Made by a program: the position numbers and the translations under genes
The notes under the pieces: generated by a model
The model's input: the letters and a program-made list of their open reading frames with translations, nothing else
What the model was told of the DNA's origin: nothing
Databases searched by the model: none
Source of the DNA: Spirochaetales bacterium
Lineage (GTDB): Bacteria; Spirochaetota; Spirochaetia; Treponematales; UBA12059
Direction: 5' to 3'
Assembly (NCBI GenBank): GCA_016928955.1
Contig: JAFGJV010000024.1
Span: forward strand, 1-33,889
DNA length: 33,889 bases
Part shown: one piece after another, positions 1 to 8,952 of the stretch
Numbering within the stretch: position 1 is the stretch's first letter
Layout: each line of letters opens with the position of its first letter

Positions 1-22
1 CGGACCAAGAGAATTCTACACT

Positions 23-58
23 AAAAAAGGCAGGGGTGCCTCGTTGGCCCCCCTGCCT
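23..58 (-). terminator. Intrinsic terminator of the sugar operon
   Basis: Hairpin AGGCAGGGG..CCCCTGCCT with an A-run at 23-28, which reads as a U-tract on the minus strand, about 50 bp past the GH65 stop. Confidence 0.7.
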
Positions 59-78
59 CCCTTAAGTCGGCTTTTTCA

Positions 79-109
79 GTGGCCCCCGCTGGCCCGGGGG
101 CTATTTTTT
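79..109 (+). terminator. Intrinsic terminator, probably for a convergent gene left of the window
   Basis: GTGGCCCCCG-ctggcc-CGGGGGCTAT followed by a T-run. Confidence 0.55.
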
Positions 110-3100
110 ACCTGAACAGTTTTTCCAGGTCCTCCACGCGGAGTTCTGAGAGGGAGCGCACGCGCTTGTGCGCACCCTGGGGCTTCCCGCCCACGGCCAC
201 GGCCTTCATGTCGGCGGCCAGGATGGCGTCTATGCCTGCCTGGGCGTCCTCTATGGCCACGCAGTCCAGGCGGCGGGCGCCTAAGCGTTGTGCTGCGTCC
301 AGGAAGAGCTCCGGGTCCGGCTTGGGCCGCGCGCTGGCAGGGTCGCCCATGGCGGCAAAGGATCCGGCAAGGCCCAGGCGCTCGAGCACGTCAGGAGCGT
401 TCCTGGAAGCGGATGCCAGCCCCACGCGTATGCCCCGGGAACGGAGGGCGTCCAGGAGCTCGCGCGCGCCGGGCAGGACGTCTGCCGGCGTGAGCGAAGC
501 CACCAGGTCGCGGTAGTAGCCGTTCTTGCGGTCTGCCAGCTCCAGCTTTTGGCCCTGGCTGTAGCCGCCGGCCTTGTCGCCCAGGATCAGGTCCAGCGAC
601 TCCATGCGCGAGCGTCCCTTGAGGGCCTCATTGGCCCGCCGGCCAAACGGCAGTTTTTCCTCGTCGGCCAGGCGCTTCCACGCCAGGAAGTGGAGCTCGG
701 CCGTGTCCGCTATGACGCCGTCCAGGTCAAAGATTACGGCTTTGAGCCGTGGTTTCTGGCCGGCGACCACATCCACGCCGGGCTGCAGGACCAGGGTGTC
801 CGCATGGTGGCCTATTTCAAGGGGCCGGTCGCCTGTCCAGCGGTAACGGGTTTCCTGATGGGTGACGCGGACGCTGAGGGTACCGCCGGCCAGCCTGAGG
901 GCAAAACCAAGGCGCTTGATCTTGGGCGGCAACAGGGGGCTGAAACGGTAGCGGCCGCCGTCGTCGCGGAAGCCCGCAAAGCCGTACACCAGGGACAGCC
1001 AGCTTCCGCCCATGGCTGCTATGTGCACGCCGTGCGACGCGTTTCCGTGCAGGTCGTCCAAATCCATGCGGACGGTGCGCGTAAAATAGTCCCATGCCTT
1101 GCCGGCGTCGCCAGTTTCCGCCGCCAGCACGCTCATGATGCAGTGTGACAGGGACGAGTCGCCCGTGGTCAGGGGTTCGTAGAATTTGAAATTGCGCTTT
1201 TTGTCGGCCAGGCTGAATTCCGACGATAAAAGCAACATGGCCAGGAGCAGGTCCGGCTGTTTGAGCACGCGCCTGCGGTAGATGGCCAGCGGGTGGTAGT
1301 GCAGGAGGAGCGGAAACTTGTCCTTGGGCGTGGCCGCAAGGTCCCAGGGCGCCCGGTCCATAAAGGAATCATCCTGGGGTATGACGCCGCTTTCATCGTC
1401 ATAGGGCAGGTACATGGAAGCGGCGGCGGACAGCCAGGCGCCGTCCTCTCCGGGTTGCAGGTCCAGGCGCGCGGCCGCGTTGTCCCAGGCTCCGCCCCCC
1501 GACTCGCGCAGCGCGGATACGGCTTGAGCGGCGGCCCGCAGGTTGAAGCGGGCCATGGCGTTTGTGTACGCGTTGTTGTTCACCAGGGCGCTGTATTCGT
1601 CTGGGCCGGTCACCTCGTCGATGCGGAAGCGGCCGTCGCGGCCATAGTGGCCGGTGTCCATCCACAGCCGGGCCGTCTCCACCAGCAGGTCCAGGCCCGC
1701 GCCTTCCAGCAAGGCGCCGTCGCCTGAGGCCTTGATATAGCGCCAGGCGGCATAGGCTATGTCCGCGTTGATATGGTACTGGGCCGTGCCTGCCGGAAAA
1801 TACGCGCTGGTCTCCATGCCGGATATGGTGCGCCAGGCAAACAGGGCGCCCTGTTTGTGGGCCAGTTCCCTGGCGCGTTGCCGTGCGGCGTCCAGGGTGG
1901 CCGCCCGGTAGCGCACAAGGTTTTTGGCGATATCGGGGGCGGTGTAGGTCAAAAGGGGCATGAGGTAGATTTCCGTGTCCCAGAAGGCGTGACCCTCGTA
2001 GCCCTCTCCGGATAGGCCCTTGGCCGGTACATTGGTCACGCCGTCGCGGCCTGCCGCCTGGAAGACGTGAAAGAGGTTCAGCCTGACGGATGCTGCCAGG
2101 CCGGCCGGCCCGTCCAGCTCTATGTCGGCAGCTTTCCAGAATTCATCCAGGGCGTGGATGTGCTCGGTGAGCAGGGCGTCAAACCCAATGCCCGCCCCCG
2201 AGTCGGCGTCCAGCCTGGCCTGCCTGAGGAGTTCTTCCGGAAGCGATATGCCGCCGTTGCGCCCGCGTCCGGCCGCCCCGCAGGCTGCGTCGCGCCGGTA
2301 GGACAGGTATTTTATGAGGACCAGTTCGTCGCCCTCTTCCAGCGTTGCCGCGTAGTCCGCGTACAGGCCGGCCTGGCCGAGCTCGGGAGCCTGGCCGCTC
2401 ACGGGGTACGAGCGCGACACGCGGCCGTCGGCGGCCGGGTGCACGATACGCGCCTCGTTGATCACCACCGCCGCCAGGGACAGTCCGGAAGCCACGGTGC
2501 GGGCAACGCAATGGAGGCAGTCGCCCTCCGTGCCCGAGCTTGCCAGCTCGTAGGGCGCGCCGGCGAATTTTGCGCCGAGCCGGGGATCGTCGCCCTGGCT
2601 GGCGTTGCTTGGCGACGCGTCCAGCACGGACGATACCCTGACGGTGCCACCGCCGCGCACCTTGATCCGGAGCCGGATGGCGGCGAGTCCCTGGCGGGCG
2701 AGCGACACAAAGCGCTCGCTCGTTATCTCCAAAACCTTGGAGCCCGCAAGCGCGTACAGCGCTCGCCGGCAGAGCACGCCTTTCCGTAAATCGAGCCACC
2801 GGCCCGTTTCCAGCGGACGCCATGGCTTGGGTACGTGGCCGTCCACGAACACGCGCACGCCCGAGCCGTCCGGGGCCGCGACTATCGTCTCGTGCCAGCG
2901 CGGATATCCGAAAGCTCCCTCGCCGTAGCTTATGGGAGAGCGTTCGAACCATCCGTTTATGAACGTGCCCCGGCCGGCTCCCAGCTGCCCGATCACTTCC
3001 TCGGGCGCCGCCCTGATGCCCAGGTAGCCGTTGGATAGGGCAAACACGCTCTCCGGAGCCGGATATTGTTCCGCCCATGCCCCGCACTCCGCGAGCCCTG

Positions 3101-3158
3101 CCGGATCCAGGCCGGGAATACTACCTTCATAAATATGCCAATCGTCGATGCGTTCCAT
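108..3158 (-). CDS. GH65 family disaccharide phosphorylase (trehalose/maltose/kojibiose type) fused to a C-terminal beta-phosphoglucomutase (PgmB-like HAD domain)
   Basis: GH65 motifs ESVFALSNGYLGIR, KGLSGEGYEGHAFWDTE, VTGPDEYS, KQPD and GDSSLS. The C-terminal HAD domain (about 108-746) has FDLDGV, SASRNA, KPDPE and IEDAQAG. Start reassigned to the ATG at 3158 (MERIDD). Confidence 0.92.
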   Translation of the reverse strand: MERIDDWHIYEGSIPGLDPAGLAECGAWAEQYPAPESVFALSNGYLGIRAAPEEVIGQLGAGRGTFINGWFERSPISYGEGAFGYPRWHETIVAAPDGSGVRVFVDGHVPKPWRPLETGRWLDLRKGVLCRRALYALAGSKVLEITSERFVSLARQGLAAIRLRIKVRGGGTVRVSSVLDASPSNASQGDDPRLGAKFAGAPYELASSGTEGDCLHCVARTVASGLSLAAVVINEARIVHPAADGRVSRSYPVSGQAPELGQAGLYADYAATLEEGDELVLIKYLSYRRDAACGAAGRGRNGGISLPEELLRQARLDADSGAGIGFDALLTEHIHALDEFWKAADIELDGPAGLAASVRLNLFHVFQAAGRDGVTNVPAKGLSGEGYEGHAFWDTEIYLMPLLTYTAPDIAKNLVRYRAATLDAARQRARELAHKQGALFAWRTISGMETSAYFPAGTAQYHINADIAYAAWRYIKASGDGALLEGAGLDLLVETARLWMDTGHYGRDGRFRIDEVTGPDEYSALVNNNAYTNAMARFNLRAAAQAVSALRESGGGAWDNAAARLDLQPGEDGAWLSAAASMYLPYDDESGVIPQDDSFMDRAPWDLAATPKDKFPLLLHYHPLAIYRRRVLKQPDLLLAMLLLSSEFSLADKKRNFKFYEPLTTGDSSLSHCIMSVLAAETGDAGKAWDYFTRTVRMDLDDLHGNASHGVHIAAMGGSWLSLVYGFAGFRDDGGRYRFSPLLPPKIKRLGFALRLAGGTLSVRVTHQETRYRWTGDRPLEIGHHADTLVLQPGVDVVAGQKPRLKAVIFDLDGVIADTAELHFLAWKRLADEEKLPFGRRANEALKGRSRMESLDLILGDKAGGYSQGQKLELADRKNGYYRDLVASLTPADVLPGARELLDALRSRGIRVGLASASRNAPDVLERLGLAGSFAAMGDPASARPKPDPELFLDAAQRLGARRLDCVAIEDAQAGIDAILAADMKAVAVGGKPQGAHKRVRSLSELRVEDLEKLFR

Positions 3159-3225
3159 ATGCTGTACCAGTGGAGGGCTGTACCCTCCGGGCTGTGCCGG
3201 AAACCACCTGGGTCCCGGCACCGTG

Positions 3226-4251
3226 TTAATCGTGACTCGGCTCCGCGCAGGAACTCCTGACGGAAAGCTGAGTGGGCATAAGCGTGAGTTTTTCCGGTGG
3301 GTTCTTGCCCCGGATAAGGTCGATAATCATTTCCGCTGCGCGTTCGCCCAGGGGAGAAGCGGGCAAGGTCATGGTGGTCAAGGGCGGGAACACAAAGCGG
3401 CTCGGAAAGTCGTCGTCAAAGCCCGCTATCGATATGTCTTCCGGTATGGACAGGCCGGCGTCGCGTATGGCCTGCATGGCGCCGTAGGCGATGGCGTCGT
3501 TGCCCGCGAACACGGCCGTGGGCCTGGGTTTGAGTTCCAGGATCTCGGCCATGGCGTGCCTGCCCGAGGCTTCCGTAAAATCCGCCCAGCGCACCGGGCA
3601 CGACGCTTCAGGCACGCCGGCCTCGGACATGGCCCGCCTGAAGCCGGCCAGGCGCTCGGCCGCGGCGTGGTAGCTGGCCGGCGCGTGCACGATCATGGCC
3701 ACGCGCCTGTGCCCGAGCGACGCCAGGTGGGCGGCCGTGTCGTGCGCGGCCGCCTCGTTGTCTATGTCTATCTGCCAGGCGTCGGCCTTGACCGTGCCTA
3801 TGACCACGGCCGGGATGCCCGCGGCCGCCAGCGACGGTACGCCGGCGTCGTCCTCAAGCGTGTTCGTGATGACCACGCCGTCAGCCTTGGTCATCCGCAC
3901 CAGCTCCACGATGTCTTTGCATGACTGGCCGCAGGGCACCAGCACAAAGCCGCAGCGGCGGCGGTTGAGCACCGGCGCCATGCCCTCAATGAGCCTGAGT
4001 ATGTACGCGTCGGAGTAAATTGACGTGGAATGCCTGACCGCCAGCGCCACCAGGTACTTGGTGCTCTTTGCGAGCTGGGCCGCCTCGCGGTCGGGCACGT
4101 AGCCGAGCGAGGCGGCGGCGTCCATTACCCTGCGGCGGGTATCCTCCGGTATGGCTTTACCCGGCGTGGCGTTGAGCACAAAGGAAACGGTTGTGCGGGA
4201 TACGCCGGCCATGTTGGCCACATCCCTGGAAGACACCTCGCGTTTCTTCAT
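3226..4251 (-). CDS. LacI family transcriptional regulator
   Basis: N-terminal HTH SSRDVANMAGVSRTTVSFVLN and periplasmic-binding-fold C-terminus (AVFAGNDAIAYG, IPEDISIAGFDD, PPLTT). Confidence 0.95.
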   Translation of the reverse strand: MKKREVSSRDVANMAGVSRTTVSFVLNATPGKAIPEDTRRRVMDAAASLGYVPDREAAQLAKSTKYLVALAVRHSTSIYSDAYILRLIEGMAPVLNRRRCGFVLVPCGQSCKDIVELVRMTKADGVVITNTLEDDAGVPSLAAAGIPAVVIGTVKADAWQIDIDNEAAAHDTAAHLASLGHRRVAMIVHAPASYHAAAERLAGFRRAMSEAGVPEASCPVRWADFTEASGRHAMAEILELKPRPTAVFAGNDAIAYGAMQAIRDAGLSIPEDISIAGFDDDFPSRFVFPPLTTMTLPASPLGERAAEMIIDLIRGKNPPEKLTLMPTQLSVRSSCAEPSHD

Positions 4252-4254
4252 GTA

Positions 4255-5133
4255 TCACTCCTTGACCGACCCGGCAAGCACGCCGCGCACGAAATATTTC
4301 TGCAGGGCAAAGAATACCACCAGGGGCAGGGCCATGGATATGAAGGCGGCCGCGGTCAGGTATTCCCAGCCGCCGCCGTAGGAGTTCACCATGTTGGCTA
4401 TGGTCACGGTCATGGGGGCCACGTCCGGAGTGCCTCCCAGGAAGATCAGCGAGACCAGGAGGTCGTTCCACACCCACATGAACTGGAAAATGCCGAGCGA
4501 CGCGATGGCCGGCAGGGACGTGGGCAGGACCAGCCTGAAGAACACCACGGGATGCGACGCCCCGTCTATGAACGCCGATTCCAGCATGGAGCGCGGTAGC
4601 TGGCCTATGAAATTCCTGAGCAGGTAGATGGAGAACGGCAAGCCGTATGCCGCGTGCGCAAGCCATACGGCCATGAAGCTGCCGGTGATGCCCAGCGTGT
4701 TGAACAGCCTGAGCACCGGTATCAGGGTCATCTGGATGGGCACCGCGATCAGGGCTATGACGACCAGGTACATCCATTCCTTGCCCTTGAATTCCATCCA
4801 GGCAAACGCGTACGCGGCGTACGCGGCTATGCACATGGGTATGAGCGTGCCGGGTATGGCCACCATGAGGCTGTTCAAAAAGCTGGTGCCCATGTTTGCG
4901 CGCGACAGCACGTTCACGTAATTTTCCAGGGTCAGGCGCAGGGGCGACGCCAAAGCCTCCCACCAGCCGGACACCGCTATCAATTCCTTGGGCCTGAGCG
5001 AGCTCACAAGGAGCCCCACGGTGGGTACCAGCCATATGGCGCACACGGCGATAAGCGTCAGATTGAGGAGTACCCGGCCGGAAAGCCTCCTGACCTTGCC
5101 GCGGGCGCCAAAGGTTCTTGTAGCGTCACGCAT
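4255..5133 (-). CDS. Carbohydrate ABC transporter permease (MalG/AglG-like)
   Basis: About six TM helices, EAA loop ESAFIDGAS, FMWVWNDLL and QKYFVRGVLAGSVK. Confidence 0.95.
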   Translation of the reverse strand: MRDATRTFGARGKVRRLSGRVLLNLTLIAVCAIWLVPTVGLLVSSLRPKELIAVSGWWEALASPLRLTLENYVNVLSRANMGTSFLNSLMVAIPGTLIPMCIAAYAAYAFAWMEFKGKEWMYLVVIALIAVPIQMTLIPVLRLFNTLGITGSFMAVWLAHAAYGLPFSIYLLRNFIGQLPRSMLESAFIDGASHPVVFFRLVLPTSLPAIASLGIFQFMWVWNDLLVSLIFLGGTPDVAPMTVTIANMVNSYGGGWEYLTAAAFISMALPLVVFFALQKYFVRGVLAGSVKE

Positions 5134-6103
5134 TGGCTTTCCTGCTTTCCTTGAAGCGCTTTATGTTGATGACCATGACGGGAGCCACGGCCACAAGGAG
5201 GATCACGGCTATGGCGCCGGCCCTCCCGAAATTCCTGTAGTTGAAGAGTTCCTTGTACATGCGGTTGGCAATGACCTCCGTGCCCAGCGCTCCGTTGGTC
5301 ATGACGTAGACTATGTCAAAGATCTTGAGCACGTTCACCATGAGCGTGGTTGCCACCACGGCTATGGTAGGCGCGGCCAGTGGTAGGATGACGCGCATGA
5401 ATATCTGCAGTTCGCCGGCGCCGTCTATGCGGGCGGCTTCTATGAGTTCCACGGGAATGGCCTTGAGGCCAGCGGACAGGATGACCATGGCAAAACCTGT
5501 CCACATCCAGATGCCCACGGCGATCAGGGCAACGTTGTTGCTGGACGTGTCAAACAGCCAGGCCTTGGGTTCGAACGCGGGCACAATGGCGCTCAGTACG
5601 GCGTTTACGGTGCCTATCTGGGCCTCTCCCGCCGGCCTGAACTCGAACATGAAGCGCCAAATTATGCCGGCGGCCACAAAGGATATGGCCATGGGTATGA
5701 ACACGGCCGCCTTGGCCACGGGTTCCCATTTGACCCTGTCGGACAACACGGCCATCAGAAGCCCGAAACCCAGCGTGCCGAGCGTGAAGAAAATCAGCCA
5801 TGCGGCGTTGTTTCGCAGGACCACCAGCATGCCGGGGTCGGTAAAGACGTGGGCGTAATTGGCAAGACCCACAAAGCCGTCCGCCTTGGCGTCCTTCAGG
5901 GAGATCAGGAAGGTGTTGACGATGGGGTAGGCCAGAAAGACGATCAGCAGGATGAAGCTCGGGGCCAGCCAGAGCCAGGGCCGGGCGCCGGACACCTTGC
6001 CGGTACCCCGCTTGCCGGCTATCACACGCTCGGCGGCAAAAACGTACACCGCGAGCAGGGCCGGCACCGAGACCACGGCAGCTATCAGGGATAGAAATTT
6101 CAC
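5126..6103 (-). CDS. Carbohydrate ABC transporter permease (MalF/AglF-like)
   Basis: EAA loop EAARIDGA and LKIFDIVYVMT. Start reassigned to the GTG at 6103, which has a GGAGG RBS upstream. Overlaps the next permease by 8 bp. Confidence 0.93.
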   Translation of the reverse strand: MKFLSLIAAVVSVPALLAVYVFAAERVIAGKRGTGKVSGARPWLWLAPSFILLIVFLAYPIVNTFLISLKDAKADGFVGLANYAHVFTDPGMLVVLRNNAAWLIFFTLGTLGFGLLMAVLSDRVKWEPVAKAAVFIPMAISFVAAGIIWRFMFEFRPAGEAQIGTVNAVLSAIVPAFEPKAWLFDTSSNNVALIAVGIWMWTGFAMVILSAGLKAIPVELIEAARIDGAGELQIFMRVILPLAAPTIAVVATTLMVNVLKIFDIVYVMTNGALGTEVIANRMYKELFNYRNFGRAGAIAVILLVAVAPVMVINIKRFKESRKANA

Positions 6104-6213
6104 GGGTTGCCTCCGAGCCGGAACGGAATCAGAACGGCGGCCGGTTGAGGGAACCGGCCGCCTTGAACAGTATGCCGAAAACCGCTCTTTTGGTCTTTCG
6201 ACATGGTGCACGG

Positions 6214-6241
6214 ATTTCAAAACCGCTAGGGGTTTTGAAAT
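6214..6241. repeat. REP-like palindrome ATTTCAAAACC-gctagg-GGTTTTGAAAT
   Basis: Perfect 11-bp arms. Shares its core with the palindromes at 11699-11735, 11800-11833 and 19311-19327. Confidence 0.7.
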
Positions 6242-6339
6242 GGATTTTTACATGGCGCTCCCGCGCGGCCCGTAGCCCGGCCGCTGGGGAGGGCGCCTGG
6301 GCCGTTGAGGCGACATGTCAGCACCTCAACGGCCCCAGC

Positions 6340-6367
6340 AAAAGGGCGCGGCCCGCACGCCGCGCCC
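6340..6367 (-). terminator. Hairpin or partial terminator after the binding-protein gene
   Basis: GGGCGCGGC-ccgcac-GCCGCGCCC followed by UUUU on the minus strand, 18 bp after the stop codon. Confidence 0.55.
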
Positions 6368-6385
6368 ACGGTATCAAGATACTGG

Positions 6386-7663
6386 TCAGTACGCCTCGCC
6401 CTGGACCCTGTCCAGATCGGCAAGGATGGTGTCGAGCTTGCTGGGGTCGTTCACAAAGGCGATGATCGCGCCCCAGAAGGCCTCGTTCATGGCGCCCGGC
6501 ATCATGTCGGAAGCGTCAAACACCACGATCTCGGCGTCGTTCAGGATGCCAGCGGCGTCCTGGGTGAGCTTGTCGCCATAGGCGGACAGCGGCACGTTGC
6601 GGTTGGTGGACAGGGCTCCGGTGGCGGCCCAGAAAGTCTGGCCTTCCGCGGATGCCAGGAACTTCATGAACTCGGCCGCGGCCTTGGATTCCTTCAGCAC
6701 GACCACGCAGTCGCCGGCGCCCTCAACGGCCTTGGAGTAGCTCGCGTTGATGCTCGGGAAACCGATGAACGCAAAGTCGGTGCCTGCGGCCAGGGACGGG
6801 AACTGTTCTTTTATGAAGCCCTGGATGAAGCTGGCCTGCTGGTGGAACAGGGCCCGGGGCGGATCCTGGAACACCGGCGCGTGGGCCGCGCCAAAGTTGG
6901 TGGACAGGATGTAGTTCTTCCCGCCGTAGGCCATGCCCGGGGTGCCGGCAACCTGGCCAAAATACTCGAACGCTTCTTTGACCTCGGGGCTGGTCCAGGC
7001 CAGGCGGCCTTCATACCAGTCTTTGTACAGCTCGGGACCGTGCAGGCGCAGGAAGATGTTCTCTATCCAGTCCGTGCCTACCCAGCCGGAGGCGGCGCCG
7101 CTCTCCACGCCGAGCGCCCAGGGGGCGATACCGGCGGCCAGGGCCTTCTTGGAAACCTCGGCCAGGTCGTCCCAGGTCTTGGGCAGGGTCAGGTCCAAAG
7201 CCTGAATGGTGGACGGATCGTACCAGACCAGGCCCTTGATGGCGGCTTTGAGGTACAAGCCGTACAGCTTGCCGTCCACCGTGCCAAGGTCAATCCAGCC
7301 CTGGGAAAAGTCGTTGCGGAACGAGGCCATGTCAAAGACGGTGCCCAGGTCCACGAGCTTGCCGTCCCTTGCCAGCTCTACCATGGCGCCAGGATTGGGC
7401 AGTATGGCTATGTCTGGCGGGTTGCCGGCCTGGACGCGCGTAGTCAGGACGGCGTTGATGTCGCGGGTGCCTTCGAACTGGACCGTGATGCCGGTCCGTT
7501 CCTGGAAGGTGGCCGCTATCTGACCGGTGAAGACTTCAGCTTCCTGGTCGCCCCAAACCGAGATGACTGATATAGTCTGAGGCTCGGTTTCCTTCTCCTG
7601 CTTGGCGCAGGACAGGCTCATCATGACGGCTGCCACCGCGATGAGCGCGAGTAAACGTTTCAT
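6386..7663 (-). CDS. Sugar ABC transporter substrate-binding lipoprotein (AglE-like, alpha-glucosides)
   Basis: Lipoprotein signal MKRLL..SLSC, plus GNPPDIAILPNPG, SGAASGWVGTDWIE and FDASDMMP. Start is the ATG at 7663 behind an AAGGAGG RBS. Confidence 0.93.
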   Translation of the reverse strand: MKRLLALIAVAAVMMSLSCAKQEKETEPQTISVISVWGDQEAEVFTGQIAATFQERTGITVQFEGTRDINAVLTTRVQAGNPPDIAILPNPGAMVELARDGKLVDLGTVFDMASFRNDFSQGWIDLGTVDGKLYGLYLKAAIKGLVWYDPSTIQALDLTLPKTWDDLAEVSKKALAAGIAPWALGVESGAASGWVGTDWIENIFLRLHGPELYKDWYEGRLAWTSPEVKEAFEYFGQVAGTPGMAYGGKNYILSTNFGAAHAPVFQDPPRALFHQQASFIQGFIKEQFPSLAAGTDFAFIGFPSINASYSKAVEGAGDCVVVLKESKAAAEFMKFLASAEGQTFWAATGALSTNRNVPLSAYGDKLTQDAAGILNDAEIVVFDASDMMPGAMNEAFWGAIIAFVNDPSKLDTILADLDRVQGEAY

Positions 7664-7716
7664 TCCCATCCTCCTTAGGATCGTGGTCATTGAAGCACTG
7701 TGAATTGACTTGAAGT

Positions 7717-7794
7717 GTTACTAACTCGTGCCACTAAACGGAAGTTTACTCCCGTTTTATTGATTGCGCAAGTGGAATTCTGCGAGTTATTAAC
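7717..7794. promoter_or_regulatory. Two inverted candidate repressor sites, GTTA(C/A)TAACTCG, flanking the promoter
   Basis: GTTACTAACTCG at 7717-7728 matches the reverse complement of 7783-7794 (GTTAATAACTCG) at 11 of 12 positions. Confidence 0.5.
7743..7771 (-). promoter_or_regulatory. Sigma70-type promoter of the sugar operon
   Basis: TTGCGC-N17-TAAACT on the minus strand, in an AT-rich stretch. Confidence 0.6.
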
Positions 7795-7865
7795 GAATTC
7801 TGCTGTTGTTTGGATTGGCGGGAGACGCGGCAGGGTAGCCGCAGGCTCAGTGTCCGCCCGGCCCC

Positions 7866-8777
7866 TCAGAATACGCCGGGCAGAGCCAGTTCCAGCAGGT
7901 ATCCCAAGACCCATGCAGCGTCCATCAGGATGAAAATCCTGGATATTCCACCCATGGTGGGACCTTTGGTAAGGTGCGAGTAGCCGCGTTCGCGCATGGC
8001 CGCCAGCGTAAGAAACGCGGGAAGGGCAGCCACGGGCAGGGTAAGGGCAAGCGCGCGCGGGGCAATGCCGGCCGCCGCGAGGCCCAGGCCGGCGCACCAC
8101 GCGGCGGCTAGCTGGACGTAGATGGCCAGGGGCGCCAGGGCTGGCCCCAACTTGATGGCCAGGGTGCGCCTGCCGGATGCCGCGTCGCCTTCAATGTCGC
8201 AGGCGTTGTTGGCCGACAGGATGGCGCCTATGCAGAAACATTGGGGAAGTGACGCGAGAAGCGCCCGCCAGTCCGCAGCGCCGCCGAGTATGCGGACGGC
8301 TATCAGGAAAAACACGGTGCCAAGGAAGCCCCCGGCAAAGAGCTCGCCCAGGGCCGTGGACGACAGGGGCCTGGGTCCCGCGCTGTACAGAAAGCCAACC
8401 AGTAGCGACGCTCCCCCGGCCACGAGCACCGCAAAACCGGCCCGGAAGGCCAGGGCGGTCCCCAGCGCCATGGCCAGGGCAAAGCAGGCGGCGCTCACTC
8501 CCAGGGCTGCTCCCGGGCTGACTCCCTCGTGGACAAGTACCTTGCCCTCTTCGCGGTTGAAGCGCGCGTCGTCCACGTTGCGGTACCAATCAAAGTAGCT
8601 GTTAAAGCCCGTGGTGCCCATGTCCACCGCCAGGGCCGCCGCAAGGAGCATGGCTGCGTCTAGCAGGTTGATGGACGACCGCGTCCACAGGACGTACAGC
8701 GCGGCAAGGGTATAGGTACCCAGGCTGACTATCTTGGTCCTGAGTTCCACAATGCCCGCGAACTGCCTGAATGTCAT
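7866..8777 (-). CDS. UbiA family prenyltransferase (MenA-like 1,4-dihydroxy-2-naphthoate prenyltransferase)
   Basis: Multi-TM protein with Asp-rich motifs NSYFDWYRNVDD and NNACDIEGD, plus GRRTLA and YSAGPRPLS..LGE. Start reassigned to the ATG at 8777. Confidence 0.85.
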   Translation of the reverse strand: MTFRQFAGIVELRTKIVSLGTYTLAALYVLWTRSSINLLDAAMLLAAALAVDMGTTGFNSYFDWYRNVDDARFNREEGKVLVHEGVSPGAALGVSAACFALAMALGTALAFRAGFAVLVAGGASLLVGFLYSAGPRPLSSTALGELFAGGFLGTVFFLIAVRILGGAADWRALLASLPQCFCIGAILSANNACDIEGDAASGRRTLAIKLGPALAPLAIYVQLAAAWCAGLGLAAAGIAPRALALTLPVAALPAFLTLAAMRERGYSHLTKGPTMGGISRIFILMDAAWVLGYLLELALPGVF

Positions 8778-8784
8778 GCCCGCC

Positions 8785-8814
8785 ACCATACGACTCATGA
8801 GCCGCCGGGCGCAA
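8785..8814 (-). promoter_or_regulatory. Promoter for a probably leaderless prenyltransferase transcript
   Basis: TTGCGC-N18-TATGGT ends 7 nt before the ATG at 8777. No SD sequence is present. Confidence 0.5.
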
Positions 8815-8923
8815 GAGAGTACCCATGCTTGGCGGGATTTTGGGCAAGGCGACTCCCGCGTGTCCGGGCTCTCTACTGACCTTCCCTTGCTGGCTCGGGT
8901 GCGTAGGTCGTGATAGAGGCTTC

Positions 8924-8952
8924 TTGACAACTAAACCGGTTTAATATACGGT
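8924..8952 (+). promoter_or_regulatory. glgP sigma70 promoter with an embedded LacI-type operator
   Basis: TTGACA-N17-TACGGT, with the perfect palindrome TAAACCGGTTTA (8932-8943) in the spacer. Confidence 0.7.

Noticed and set aside
1..24. 3' end of a plus-strand gene ending at TAA 22-24
   Set aside because: Too little sequence to support a call. Only the plus-strand terminator at 79-109 hints at it.
6305..7570. 421-aa plus-strand ORF, and similar long antisense ORFs at 9021-10211, 10635-11627, 11994-13202, 16032-16994 and 20889-22049
   Set aside because: They lie antisense to well-supported genes and have no recognisable motifs. Such shadow ORFs are expected from high-GC codon bias.
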